DNA of 32,060 nt, taken from NCBI GenBank assembly GCA_950063985.1, contig CATMBH010000001.1:1-32060 (forward strand), given 5' to 3'. Source of the stretch: an uncultured Fidelibacterota bacterium (GTDB lineage: Bacteria > Fidelibacterota > Marinisomatia > Marinisomatales > TCS55). Of this stretch, positions 8,160-17,907 are shown in pieces (the first letter of the stretch is position 1; each line of letters opens with the position of its first letter). Under the pieces are notes generated by a model, which worked only from the letters and a program-made list of their open reading frames with translations, made no database searches and was not told the DNA's origin. A program made the position numbers and the translations under genes.

Positions 8160-8827
8160 AGGAACTTCAATTTAGTAAATTTTGGATATTTGATTTGGAC
8201 AATACTTTATACTCAGGAAAAACTAGAGTTTTTGAGCAAATTGATAAAAGGATGTCAAAGTATATATCAGGCAAACTCAATGTAAGTATAGTTGAAGCAA
8301 AAGAAATTCAAAAAAAATATTTTTATAAATACAATACAACATTAAATGGGATGCTTAAAAATCATAAGATTGATGCAAATGAATTTTTAGAATTTGTACA
8401 TGATATAGATATAGACTTTCTTAAAAAAGATCTAACACTCAGTGAAGAATTAAGAAAACTTAAAGGAAAAAAAATTATATTTACAAACGGCTCCAAGAAA
8501 CATGCTTTAAATGTAATTCGAAAAATTGGAATCGAGCAACATTTTGATGATATTTTTGATATAGTTGATTCTAACTTTGTGCCCAAGCCAACAATGGAAC
8601 CTTATAAAAAGTTAGTGGAAAAACATAAAATTGACCCAAACTTATGTGTTCTTATTGAGGATATTGCAAGAAATTTAAAACCGGCATATGAAATGGGCAT
8701 GAAAACAATTTGGATTGAAAATGATGAACCGTGGGCAGCGAAATTTTCAGATAGCGATTTTATCAATTACAAAACTAAAAATTTAACAGATTTTTTAAAA
8801 AAAATTAATTTATTAAAAGCTGCTTAA
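8156..8827 (+). CDS. Pyrimidine 5'-nucleotidase, HAD superfamily
   Basis: [29 protein letters not shown]; sits between argB and dapD as in many Alphaproteobacteria. Confidence 0.92.
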   Translation: MKELQFSKFWIFDLDNTLYSGKTRVFEQIDKRMSKYISGKLNVSIVEAKEIQKKYFYKYNTTLNGMLKNHKIDANEFLEFVHDIDIDFLKKDLTLSEELRKLKGKKIIFTNGSKKHALNVIRKIGIEQHFDDIFDIVDSNFVPKPTMEPYKKLVEKHKIDPNLCVLIEDIARNLKPAYEMGMKTIWIENDEPWAAKFSDSDFINYKTKNLTDFLKKINLLKAA

Positions 8828-9654
8828 TGAATATTAAATCTTTTGAAAAAATAATTAACGAAGCCTGGGATAAAAAAGGTCAGGTTAATTCTAAGTCTAG
8901 TAGAAAATTACTAAATGCTATTAGTAAAACTATAGACTTATTAGATTCAGGAGAAATACGAGTTGCTGAAAAGAAAAACAATGAATGGACCGTTAATCAG
9001 TGGATTAAAAAAGCAATTTTACTAAGCTTTAGAGTAAATAAAATGAAAACCTCAAAAGGTCCCTATGCTACTTGGTACGATAAAGTTGAAGGTAAAACCC
9101 AAAAATGGAATGAAAAAAAATTAATTCAAGCAGGATTTAGATCGGTCCCCAATGGAGTTGTTAGAAAAGGTGCATTCATTGCAAAAAATGTTGTCTTAAT
9201 GCCTTCATTTGTAAATCTTGGAGCTTATGTTGATGAAGGAAGTATGATTGATACGTGGGCCTCAGTAGGATCTTGTGCACAAGTTGGAAAAAACTGTCAT
9301 ATATCAGGTGGAGCTGGAATAGGTGGGGTATTAGAACCTCTTCAAGCAAACCCAGTAATTATAGAAGATAATTGTTTTATAGGAGCAAGAGCTGAAGTAG
9401 CAGAAGGTGTTATTGTTGAAAAAGGTTCAGTTTTATCTATGGGAGTTTACATAGGTGCATCAACAAGAATTATTGATAGAGCAACTGGAGAAACAATTTA
9501 TGGAAAAGTTCCTGCTTATTCGGTTGTAGTGCCCGGATCTATGCCTAGTAAAAATAACCCTGATGGTCCATCCTTATATTGTGTAATCATCGTAAAAAAA
9601 GTAGACGAAAAAACAAGAAGCAAAACATCAATCAACGATTTATTGAGAGATTAA
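8827..9654 (+). CDS. dapD: Tetrahydrodipicolinate N-succinyltransferase
   Basis: [46 protein letters not shown]. Confidence 0.98.
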   Translation: MNIKSFEKIINEAWDKKGQVNSKSSRKLLNAISKTIDLLDSGEIRVAEKKNNEWTVNQWIKKAILLSFRVNKMKTSKGPYATWYDKVEGKTQKWNEKKLIQAGFRSVPNGVVRKGAFIAKNVVLMPSFVNLGAYVDEGSMIDTWASVGSCAQVGKNCHISGGAGIGGVLEPLQANPVIIEDNCFIGARAEVAEGVIVEKGSVLSMGVYIGASTRIIDRATGETIYGKVPAYSVVVPGSMPSKNNPDGPSLYCVIIVKKVDEKTRSKTSINDLLRD

Positions 9655-9661
9655 TAAGCCA

Positions 9662-10447
9662 ATGCCTATCAATGAATTAAAGTTAGCAAGGGAATTGATT
9701 CGTAGACCAAGCGTCACTCCGAGAGATGCTGGTGCAATAAATATTCTAACAAAAAACTTAAGATCACTTGGTTTTAAATGCCAAATGATGAATTTTAACA
9801 ACATTAAAAATCTATATGCAAAACTTGGAACATCATCTCCTAATTTTTGTTTTGCGGGTCATACCGATGTTGTGCCAGTAGGTGATTTAAAATCTTGGTC
9901 GGTAAATCCATTCTCGGGCACTGTAAAAAATAATAAATTAATAGGACGTGGTGCAAGCGATATGAAAGGATCGATTGCTTGTTTTGTAGCCGCTTTAAGT
10001 CAGTTTAAAAAAATAAAACCAAAATTTAAAGGATCAATCAGTCTATTAATTACTGGAGATGAAGAAGCGATTGCAATCAATGGAACAAAAAAAGTTGTTG
10101 AGAAATTAAAAAAAAGAAAAGAAAAAATAAATTTTTGTTTAGTGGGCGAGCCAACAAACTTAACAAAACTTGGTCAGATGATGAAGATAGGTAGAAGAGG
10201 AAGTATCACCGGGTATCTAACGGTTTATGGAACTCAAGGTCACGTTGCTTATCCGCATCAAGCAAATAACCCTGCCCCTGTTATAACAAAAATACTAAAT
10301 CAAATTACAAATATTAAACTTGATAGGGGAACAAAAAACTTTCAACCTTCAAATCTTGAGGTAGTTAAAATTAATATTGAAAATACGGCTGATAACGTAA
10401 TTCCAGCAGAAGCTACGGCAACTTTTAATATTAGATTTAATAATTTA
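9662..10447 (+). pseudogene. dapE: Succinyl-diaminopimelate desuccinylase, truncated at about residue 262 (probably by a chimeric junction)
   Basis: [46 protein letters not shown]. The C-terminal third (TSDARF motif and final metal-binding His) is missing. Confidence 0.9.
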
Positions 10448-10483
10448 ATTAAAACCATAAAATATTACAGAAAAAATAAACCT

Positions 10484-10672
10484 AATAAAGAAATAACAAT
10501 GGATACTCCATATGGTAAAACTTCTGACTCGATAACAATAGGGAATTTTCATGGAACTAATGTTGCATTTATGCCAAGACATGGAAGAAAACATACAATT
10601 CCTCCACATATGATAAACTATCGAGCAAATATGTGGGCTTTCAAAGAATTAGGAGTTAAAAGAATTATTTCC
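10484..10672 (+). pseudogene. mtnP: Internal fragment of S-methyl-5'-thioadenosine phosphorylase, resembling Nitrosopumilus-like archaeal sequences
   Basis: [19 protein letters not shown]....[36 protein letters not shown] carries the TPYG, PRHG and PPH.INYRAN motifs. It lacks the N-terminal GGTG and all sequence after II. Confidence 0.85.
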
Positions 10673-10976
10673 TGATAAAATTTATTTATTTAGTGCGTAC
10701 ATGGAAGATAAGATGGTTGCCGGTGTAGTGAACTTCATTGCGACGGATAATGTGGTATTAGCGTTTTATATAAGCCATGATGAAGATTTCCAGGAAGCGC
10801 GCCCCATTAACTTATTATTCTATAAGGTTTTTGAGTGGGCGATACAGGAAAAGTTTCGTGTATTTGATTTTGGCATTTTTACTGTCAATGAAAAACCCAA
10901 TATGGGGTTGGCCCGGTTTAAGGAAAATTTTGGCGCCAGCGGTCAATTCAGAGATACGCTGGAATTGCATTTATAA
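10653..10976 (+). CDS. C-terminal fragment of a GNAT/FemAB-like acyltransferase
   Basis: The frame is open upstream of the listed ATG ([24 protein letters not shown]) and ends FDFGIFT...[14 protein letters not shown], a FemAB-like GNAT C-terminus. The N-terminus is missing. Confidence 0.75.
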   Translation, partial: ELKELFPDKIYLFSAYMEDKMVAGVVNFIATDNVVLAFYISHDEDFQEARPINLLFYKVFEWAIQEKFRVFDFGIFTVNEKPNMGLARFKENFGASGQFRDTLELHL

Positions 10977-10981
10977 ACCCT

Positions 10982-12415
10982 GTGTTTGAACAAATAAAAA
11001 AACTATCTGGCCAGACATTGATTTATGGCACGGGTCACATCATGGCCAGGCTGGTGACCTTCTTACTATTACCCCTTTACACTAATGTATTTACAGCGGA
11101 GGAGTATGGTGTAATATCCCTTGCCTATGTATTTATGGGTTTCATGGGTGTGGTGCTCCATTACGGTCTGGACGTTGCATTGATGAAAAAATATGTCCAA
11201 ACTAAAGGAGAAGAACGAACTTCTTTTTTCTCTAGCGCCTATGTGTCTCTAGCGCTTACCTCATTGATCTTTGCTATATGTGTTTCCTTGGGCAGTGACT
11301 TTCTAGCGCCCGTAATTCTGGATGGAAATTATCCCAAATTGATCGTTTATATTGGTTGGATCATATTTTGTGATATTCTTTGGTCTTTGCCTCAATTGAT
11401 CCTCCGCGCAGAAGAAAAACCAACTAAATATATAGTATTCAGTTTAACCAATGTAATTGCCACAATGACGTTGAACCTTGTATTTGTTTTAGTGATGAAA
11501 CTAGGGATTGAAGGTGTGTTGTTAAGCAATCTGATCGTTTCTGGAAGTTTGTTAATCATGACTTTTCCTATCGTGCTGAAACGAATAAGCCTGCAACATA
11601 TATCTGGAAAACACTGGAAAACATTAATGACCTTTGGACTACCTTTTTTACCTGCGGGTATTTTTTCTATGTTCATGGAGATCGCAGATCGATATTTGCT
11701 GAAATGGTTGACAGATATGGAAACGGTCGGTTTATACAGCGCCGGCTATAAGCTTGGTATGCTAATAATGTTGGCGGTCATGGGTTTTAACATGGGTTGT
11801 CAGCCATTTTTCTTAAAAGCCGGTTCAGACCAAAAGACAGTATTTGCACGGATTACAACTTATGTGCTGGCCATTCTGGGATTCTTGTGGTTATTGCTGT
11901 ACATATGGGTTGATGATATTGTACGGTTCCAGATCGGAGGCATTTCATTTTATGGCGAAGCATACTGGTCATCAACTGCGATCGTACCGGTCATTGCTTT
12001 AGGATACTGGTTTCATGGTGTATATATACTACAGGTGCCGGGTATGTATTTACAGGAAAAATCAAAAAACCTTATGATAGTAAGGGCAGTAGGGGCACTA
12101 ACAAATATTTTACTCAACATTATTTTGATCCCAGAATACGGTGCTATGGGCGCGGCCTGGGCAACTTGTTCATCTTTTGCAGCCATGGCCTTTTTGATAT
12201 TTTACATGAATCTCCAGACATTTCCCATGAACTATGAATGGGGCAGGATTATACGTGTGATCATGTCTATTATGTTCGTGTTTGCCATGGGTTATACAAT
12301 GACGGATACCTGGGTAAATAAATTGATCTTATCAACAGCTTTTCCAATTATTTTGTATCTTACCGGTTTTATGACAAAGGACGAACGACAGAGATTGCAG
12401 CGTTTATTGAAATGA
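10982..12415 (+). CDS. Oligosaccharide flippase (Wzx-like)
   Basis: LLLPLYT......YG, FGLP.......DRYLL......VGLYSAGYK, LIPEYGAMGAAWAT; many transmembrane segments. Confidence 0.92.
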   Translation: MFEQIKKLSGQTLIYGTGHIMARLVTFLLLPLYTNVFTAEEYGVISLAYVFMGFMGVVLHYGLDVALMKKYVQTKGEERTSFFSSAYVSLALTSLIFAICVSLGSDFLAPVILDGNYPKLIVYIGWIIFCDILWSLPQLILRAEEKPTKYIVFSLTNVIATMTLNLVFVLVMKLGIEGVLLSNLIVSGSLLIMTFPIVLKRISLQHISGKHWKTLMTFGLPFLPAGIFSMFMEIADRYLLKWLTDMETVGLYSAGYKLGMLIMLAVMGFNMGCQPFFLKAGSDQKTVFARITTYVLAILGFLWLLLYIWVDDIVRFQIGGISFYGEAYWSSTAIVPVIALGYWFHGVYILQVPGMYLQEKSKNLMIVRAVGALTNILLNIILIPEYGAMGAAWATCSSFAAMAFLIFYMNLQTFPMNYEWGRIIRVIMSIMFVFAMGYTMTDTWVNKLILSTAFPIILYLTGFMTKDERQRLQRLLK

Positions 12416-12434
12416 ATTTATTGATTAAACAGTT

Positions 12435-13550
12435 ATGATTGTTGTAGCAACCTCAGGGCATAGGCCCGATGATGAACGTATTTATCATAAAGAAATAAAA
12501 TCTCTGCTGAATACCGGATATAATATTCTTTATTGCACGCGCTGGGATGGTGATATGGATTTGTCAGCAGAACATCTAAACCATGTCAATGTATCCCGCA
12601 GCGCAACACCCATTAAAAATTATATTCGCTTCATACAGAATACGCTTGCCGAAAAAAGCCAAATAGAAATATTGCATATTCATGAATTTGATCTACTGCC
12701 CCTTGCGAAACAGATGAAGAAAAATAATGGAATTAAGGTTGTCTATGACGTTCATGATACATTGCGAGCTATGTGGGAGACATTTTCATCCAAAAAAGGA
12801 TTATTAAAAAAAGCGATAAACAAATCACTGTCATTTTTTGAAGTATCCCACTTGATGTATGTAGATGAAGTTATTCTGGCTAATAAGGTACTTGATGATA
12901 ATTTCTACAAGCAAAAGGGATTGAACACAACGGTTGTAGAAAATTTTCCACTATTGGATTCGCTTGGAGAAAAAAAACAATTCTCAACAAATCCGTGTAT
13001 TCTTTATCAAGGTCAAGTTAGTATAGACCAGGGGCTACTGGTACTTTTGGAGGCGTTTATAAAATTAAAAGAAACTGTCCCGGAGGTACGATTAAAAATC
13101 ATTGGACAAACCCGGCCTTTATCGTTTAAAGATATATTAAAAGAAAAAATAAATTTATCAGGGTTTGAAAATTCAATTACATTTCTGGATTTTATTCCCC
13201 ACGAACAGATTTGGCATCATATACGAGAAGCCCATATTGGCGTTATACCTTCATTGAAAACACCAAGAGTTGTGTTGGACACACCAACAAAATTATTCGA
13301 ATATATGGCTGCAGGATGTGCCGTTGTGGCGACGGATGTGCCTCCTGTACGTCACTTTCTTGATGGAGCAGGCGAACTGGTTGTACCCAACCATGTGCAA
13401 TCATTATACAAAGGAATATTAACTATTTTACAGAACGAAGATATTTATAATGATTATATAAATAAAAGTATGGTCCGAGTTAAACAAGAATACAATTGGC
13501 CTGAAGCAGAAAAGAAACTGTTATCTGTATACAAAAACTTAACGCGATGA
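12435..13550 (+). CDS. Glycosyltransferase family 4
   Basis: DERIYHKE, HIHE.DLL, YDVHD, PTKLFEYMAAGCAVVATD. Confidence 0.92.
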   Translation: MIVVATSGHRPDDERIYHKEIKSLLNTGYNILYCTRWDGDMDLSAEHLNHVNVSRSATPIKNYIRFIQNTLAEKSQIEILHIHEFDLLPLAKQMKKNNGIKVVYDVHDTLRAMWETFSSKKGLLKKAINKSLSFFEVSHLMYVDEVILANKVLDDNFYKQKGLNTTVVENFPLLDSLGEKKQFSTNPCILYQGQVSIDQGLLVLLEAFIKLKETVPEVRLKIIGQTRPLSFKDILKEKINLSGFENSITFLDFIPHEQIWHHIREAHIGVIPSLKTPRVVLDTPTKLFEYMAAGCAVVATDVPPVRHFLDGAGELVVPNHVQSLYKGILTILQNEDIYNDYINKSMVRVKQEYNWPEAEKKLLSVYKNLTR

Positions 13551-14632
13551 GAATACTGTACATCGCACCGGAAAATACAGTAGGCACATTAAATCTCTGG
13601 AAGAAGGCCCACGAAGCCCGCGGCAATGAATGTACATTTATCACCTTGTATCCCACCAAACACGATTATGATCCCGGGATTTGCCTAAACCTCCCACTGG
13701 TGAAAGCAAATCCCTGGTATATGCAGGGCCGCCATCGTTATTATCAATTTACTCGGGGTGGGCAGGGGGATTATCAGGAAAAGGATGGCTATCCGCCAAC
13801 ATGGGAACCAAACTCATTTCTGGAAAAGAATTATTTTCAGTTCCGTGACTGGCTGTGGAGTTTCAAGGTTGAGTCGGCCATTAAAGAATTGGGGTTTCTT
13901 GACTACGATATTTATCACTTGGATTGGGGTATGGAATTTTATCGGGACGGACGGTTTGTGAAAAAACTGAAAGCGGCAGGGAAACCGATTGTGTGTACAT
14001 ACCATGGACAGGATCTTCGCACCAGGGGCGTTATACCCACTATTGATAAAATAAGCAGTTTAAATGTGACCAGTGAACTGGATTTGTTAAAAAAACATCC
14101 AGACATACACTATCTGTTCCTGCCTTTTGATACAAAACAGCATAATCCAACCTTCAAAATAAATGAAACCATTCGCATATGTCACAGTCCTACAGACCGA
14201 TATTATAAAGGCAGTGAAACGATTATTCCTGTATGTAAAGAATTAGCTGAAAAAAACAATGTTGAATTTATTTTGATTGAAAACATGCCTCACGGTGAAA
14301 CCCAAATAATTAAACAGTCATGTGATATTTTAATTGACCAGGTCCATAACCGAGGCGGCTGGGGGTATGGCATGAATTCTGTGGAAGCCCTTTCCATGGG
14401 TCTGTGCTGTGTGACGGAACTGGTTGATGAATATGTTGAGTTTATCCCTGACCATCCATTTATAAATGTAAATGGGGACAATCTAAAAAAAACGCTAAAA
14501 GACCTGATCGCAAGTCCGGAGAAAGTTATGGAGCATAGAAAAAAAAGCCGGGAGTGGGTTGTCACCCATCATGATATGCATAATACAGCAGATGTTTTGT
14601 ACGGCTATTACAAAGAACGGGGTCTAGTTTGA
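13547..14632 (+). CDS. GT-B fold glycosyltransferase (GT4-like)
   Basis: YHGQDLR, HSPTDRYYKGS, DILIDQ....GYGMNSVEALSMG. Confidence 0.82.
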   Translation: MRILYIAPENTVGTLNLWKKAHEARGNECTFITLYPTKHDYDPGICLNLPLVKANPWYMQGRHRYYQFTRGGQGDYQEKDGYPPTWEPNSFLEKNYFQFRDWLWSFKVESAIKELGFLDYDIYHLDWGMEFYRDGRFVKKLKAAGKPIVCTYHGQDLRTRGVIPTIDKISSLNVTSELDLLKKHPDIHYLFLPFDTKQHNPTFKINETIRICHSPTDRYYKGSETIIPVCKELAEKNNVEFILIENMPHGETQIIKQSCDILIDQVHNRGGWGYGMNSVEALSMGLCCVTELVDEYVEFIPDHPFINVNGDNLKKTLKDLIASPEKVMEHRKKSREWVVTHHDMHNTADVLYGYYKERGLV

Positions 14633-15534
14633 ACGAGTCACCCACAATAGATATTGTTGTCCCCTGTTACAACGTGGCGCATATTGTTGAGCAATGTGTA
14701 AGCAGTTTACTCAAACAGTCCTACAGTAAAAATGCAATTACTATTTATCTGGTCAATGATGGTTCTTCAGATACAACCGGAGAAATCTTGCAATCATTTT
14801 CACATCATCGACATGTCAAGATTATTCATAATGAAAAAAATAGAGGTTTGTCTGCTGCCCGTAACACAGGGATAAAAGCGGGAGATGGAGAAGTCATTTG
14901 TTTTCTGGACAGCGATATGACGGTTAATTCTGATTGGATTTCTGCTCATCTAAACATATTAGGTAAAAATAATATAGTCGGTGTTCTCGGTGATTCCCAT
15001 TTACCAGAGGGACAACAGCCCAATAAGCTTGATCGTTATTTGTATGATTCACGTAGAGGTGCACGCCGTTTTGGAGAAGGAATCCCAATTCGATTTTCAC
15101 ATTTTTTATTTAATAACACATCCTTAAAGCGCTCAGTATTTGATGTTATAGAACTTTTTGATGAAAATATTACTTCTTATGGGGGAGAAGACACCGAGCT
15201 GGCAATTCGACTTTGGGAAGCATATCCAGATGGGTTGCGTTTTTCATTTTCAGCTGCTTGTGAACATCATCACTCTCGAGAATTAAATGAATTTTGTAAT
15301 TCTATGTATCAATACGGAAAAACTAATTTTCCGTCGTTAATAGAACAGTTTCCCCAGTATTCAGCAGAGTTAGGGGGGGAATGGATAAAATCGATGAAAG
15401 GGCGTATGCTGTTTAATCCAATCATACGCTTGGTTGTATCAAAAACACGTCATATTTGTAGCAGTTATTGGTTATCAAGGTATCAAGTCATTGACGCAGT
15501 AATTAGCGGAGCAAGGTCAGTTTCTCATCGGTAA
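14629..15534 (+). CDS. Glycosyltransferase family 2
   Basis: IVVPCYN, VNDGSSD, NRGLSAARNTG, FLDSD, YGGEDTEL. Confidence 0.93.
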   Translation: MNESPTIDIVVPCYNVAHIVEQCVSSLLKQSYSKNAITIYLVNDGSSDTTGEILQSFSHHRHVKIIHNEKNRGLSAARNTGIKAGDGEVICFLDSDMTVNSDWISAHLNILGKNNIVGVLGDSHLPEGQQPNKLDRYLYDSRRGARRFGEGIPIRFSHFLFNNTSLKRSVFDVIELFDENITSYGGEDTELAIRLWEAYPDGLRFSFSAACEHHHSRELNEFCNSMYQYGKTNFPSLIEQFPQYSAELGGEWIKSMKGRMLFNPIIRLVVSKTRHICSSYWLSRYQVIDAVISGARSVSHR

Positions 15535-15708
15535 CACAGAATTATTTCCCGAAATTTTCTTATTTAATAAAAATGTTGATAAATATCGAATTGTGCTTAA
15601 ATTCAAACGATTTGAAGATATATAACTCAAATCTTAATAAAGATGTAAAAGCAAAACGGGGGCTCAGTGCCTCCTTTTTTACGAATAACCAAACCAAGGA
15701 GGAACATC

Positions 15709-15918
15709 ATGGCTGATGTGAGTTCAACTGTCAATAGTGTCATCGCTGGAATCGTAGGTCTTATTAAAGGCTTAATTGTATTCTTTGTGTTTGCTAACAT
15801 TCTATACTCAACAGGTTTCGATCCTGTTGGTGGCGTAGTTGATTTGGTAAATACATTCCTGGATGGCGGACTAGCTGGATTGTTAGCGCTGCTATTTCTC
15901 GTATCAATGGTGGGATAA
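15709..15918 (+). CDS. Small hydrophobic membrane protein A (69 aa), unknown function
   Basis: Strong Shine-Dalgarno AAGGAGG (15696-15702) before ATG 15709; paralogous to 15996-16208 (shared GLAGLLAL). Confidence 0.85.
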   Translation: MADVSSTVNSVIAGIVGLIKGLIVFFVFANILYSTGFDPVGGVVDLVNTFLDGGLAGLLALLFLVSMVG

Positions 15919-15983
15919 TTAACAGGATGATTTAACAGGGTTCCTTTTGTGAAATTGGAGCCCTGTATCCTGTTAACGTCATC
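15919..15983 (+). promoter_or_regulatory. Structured intergenic RNA element between the two small genes
   Basis: TTAACAGGAT (15919-28) pairs with ATCCTGTTAA (15967-76). ACAGGGTTCC (15935-44) pairs with GGAGCCCTGT (15957-66) with one G-U. Confidence 0.65.
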
Positions 15984-15995
15984 ATAGGAGGAAAT

Positions 15996-16208
15996 ATGAG
16001 TGCTTTCGACAGCGTAAATGAATGGATAGCCAAAATAACCGACCTGCTTAAAACGCTGGTGGTCCTCGGCATCGTCATAGGAATTCTGTTTGATGATCCA
16101 TTTGGCGTGATTGCAGGAGTTGGTAGAATAATGGGACAATTTGGTGACGCGGGTCTTGCTGGCCTGTTGGCACTAATTTTTCTCGTTGCTGTATACAACA
16201 AAAAGTAA
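15996..16208 (+). CDS. Small hydrophobic membrane protein B (70 aa), unknown function
   Basis: Shine-Dalgarno AGGAGG (15986-91); two hydrophobic segments with an amphipathic linker; GLAGLLAL motif. Confidence 0.88.
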   Translation: MSAFDSVNEWIAKITDLLKTLVVLGIVIGILFDDPFGVIAGVGRIMGQFGDAGLAGLLALIFLVAVYNKK

Positions 16209-16234
16209 TCCACAACCAAATATCCATTTGACTT

Positions 16235-16266
16235 ACTGCGCCCCGCAAGCCGGGGCGTAGTTGTTT
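16235..16266 (+). terminator. Intrinsic terminator after the small-protein pair
   Basis: 11 bp stem ACTGCGCCCCG/CGGGGCGTAGT (one G-U) with 5 nt loop, followed by TGTTT. Confidence 0.75.
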
Positions 16267-16419
16267 ATACATACTCCTATTTGTAAACTTTTCATTATTA
16301 ATTCTGCTATATTCTTTCAATTGCATTGGAACAGCAGAGCAAACGTATGCGTTAGCAATTCAAATAATTTTTTAACGCATCATTGTTATCATTAACTTTA
16401 TTAGAATAATTTTCCGCCT

Positions 16420-17907
16420 ATGTTTAAATATAATAAGGCCCTAATTCTTTTTTTCTTTTTGAGTGCCAACCTATCAGCAACAATCCTCGTTGTTAACAGT
16501 GTGGATCAAAAAGAGAATGAACTGCAGGTATTAGACAATACAAAAGCATCTTATGTATCTGCTAAAGATCTATCCAAAGTTCTGACCTCACGATCACCGT
16601 ATGTCAACAAAGAACGCATGAAAATGGTTCTGTATTTTTCAGATACACGCATAAAAATTACCAGTAATTCCAGTTTTGTCCTTGTAGATGAAGAAGTATA
16701 TCATATGCCAATCCATGCCAAGGATGTTGGAGATGACATTTTTCTTCCCGCTGTACCTATTTTCAAGATTTTAAAACAAACTGTTTTACCCGGTTTATCC
16801 TATGATCCCAATAAGCAACGGCTGGATATTGATGTTGTTGAGTTCAATATCACTGATCTTGATATTGAACAAAAAGCGAATGGCACAATTTTAACAATCT
16901 ATACACGGGAACAATTTAAAGAAGGACACATCAGTTCTTTTGAACATGGAAATGGCTGGTTTTATTTAACTATTCAAGATGGGATTGTAGACACAACACG
17001 AATCAACAAAGTTGACACGCGGGGTGTTGTAGCTAAGGTTACCGCTAACCAATTCGCAGAATCTGCCCAGATAGCTTTCCGTCTGCGGTCAGGAATTATT
17101 GGTCATGAAATGTTTCAAAGCCCAGACCCCAATGCCATTGTAATTACACTTAGAACACCATTTGATAAAAGCGCAGGACGCATCCGTACCCTACGTAACC
17201 GCTGGCGGCTGGACACTGTGGTGCTGGATGCTGGTCACGGTGGAAAGGATGGTGGTACCATAGGTAAAAGTGGAACAAGAGAAAAAGATATTGTATTAGA
17301 TATCACTAAACGATTGGGCATGCTGTTAGAGAAAAAAACCAATATTAAAGTCGTTTATACCCGTGAAGAAGATGTATTTATTCCACTGTGGAAGAGAACG
17401 AAAAAAGCTAATGAAAGCAATGGCAAAATATTTGTTAGTATTCATGCAAACGGAAATCCTAATCGAACAGCTAGAGGTTTTGATGTTTTTCTGCTGAACG
17501 AGAGTAAATCAGATGAAGCTATTGAGCTGGCATCGCGGGAAAATGCTGTAATTAAACTAGAAGAACATAGCGGGGATAAATATAAAGAATTAACAGGTGA
17601 AAATCTAATCATGGCTACTATGGCGCAATCTATGTTTATGAAGGAAAGTGAGGAACTAGCGGCCTTAATCCAGGATGAACTGGGCAACCGGCTGGACTCA
17701 CCTAATCGTGGTGTAAAACAAGCGGGCTTTCAAGTATTGGTTGGCGCAAGTATGCCGAATGTTTTAATTGAAACGGGATTCCTTTCGAATCCAACCGATG
17801 AAAAACGCTTAAAACAATCATCATACCGTCAAAAGATTGCTGAAGGAATCTTCAGCGCCATTGTAAAATTTCGCTCTATCAGAGAAGCATTGCTGGCTGA
17901 AGGATAA
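16420..17907 (+). CDS. N-acetylmuramoyl-L-alanine amidase (Amidase_3) with signal peptide
   Basis: VVLDAGHGGKD, EKDIVL, FVSIHAN, MPNVLIETGFLSN. Confidence 0.95.
   Translation: MFKYNKALILFFFLSANLSATILVVNSVDQKENELQVLDNTKASYVSAKDLSKVLTSRSPYVNKERMKMVLYFSDTRIKITSNSSFVLVDEEVYHMPIHAKDVGDDIFLPAVPIFKILKQTVLPGLSYDPNKQRLDIDVVEFNITDLDIEQKANGTILTIYTREQFKEGHISSFEHGNGWFYLTIQDGIVDTTRINKVDTRGVVAKVTANQFAESAQIAFRLRSGIIGHEMFQSPDPNAIVITLRTPFDKSAGRIRTLRNRWRLDTVVLDAGHGGKDGGTIGKSGTREKDIVLDITKRLGMLLEKKTNIKVVYTREEDVFIPLWKRTKKANESNGKIFVSIHANGNPNRTARGFDVFLLNESKSDEAIELASRENAVIKLEEHSGDKYKELTGENLIMATMAQSMFMKESEELAALIQDELGNRLDSPNRGVKQAGFQVLVGASMPNVLIETGFLSNPTDEKRLKQSSYRQKIAEGIFSAIVKFRSIREALLAEG

Noticed and set aside
9662-10675. 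Novel DapE-MTAP fusion enzyme (337 aa ORF)
   Set aside because: Both parts lack essential catalytic regions and the ORF ends at a compositional break, so a chimeric artefact explains it better.
15627-16326. Minus-strand ORFs of 170, 95 and 83 aa
   Set aside because: They are antisense shadows of the two + strand microproteins, which have strong SD sites, mutual paralogy and a terminator.
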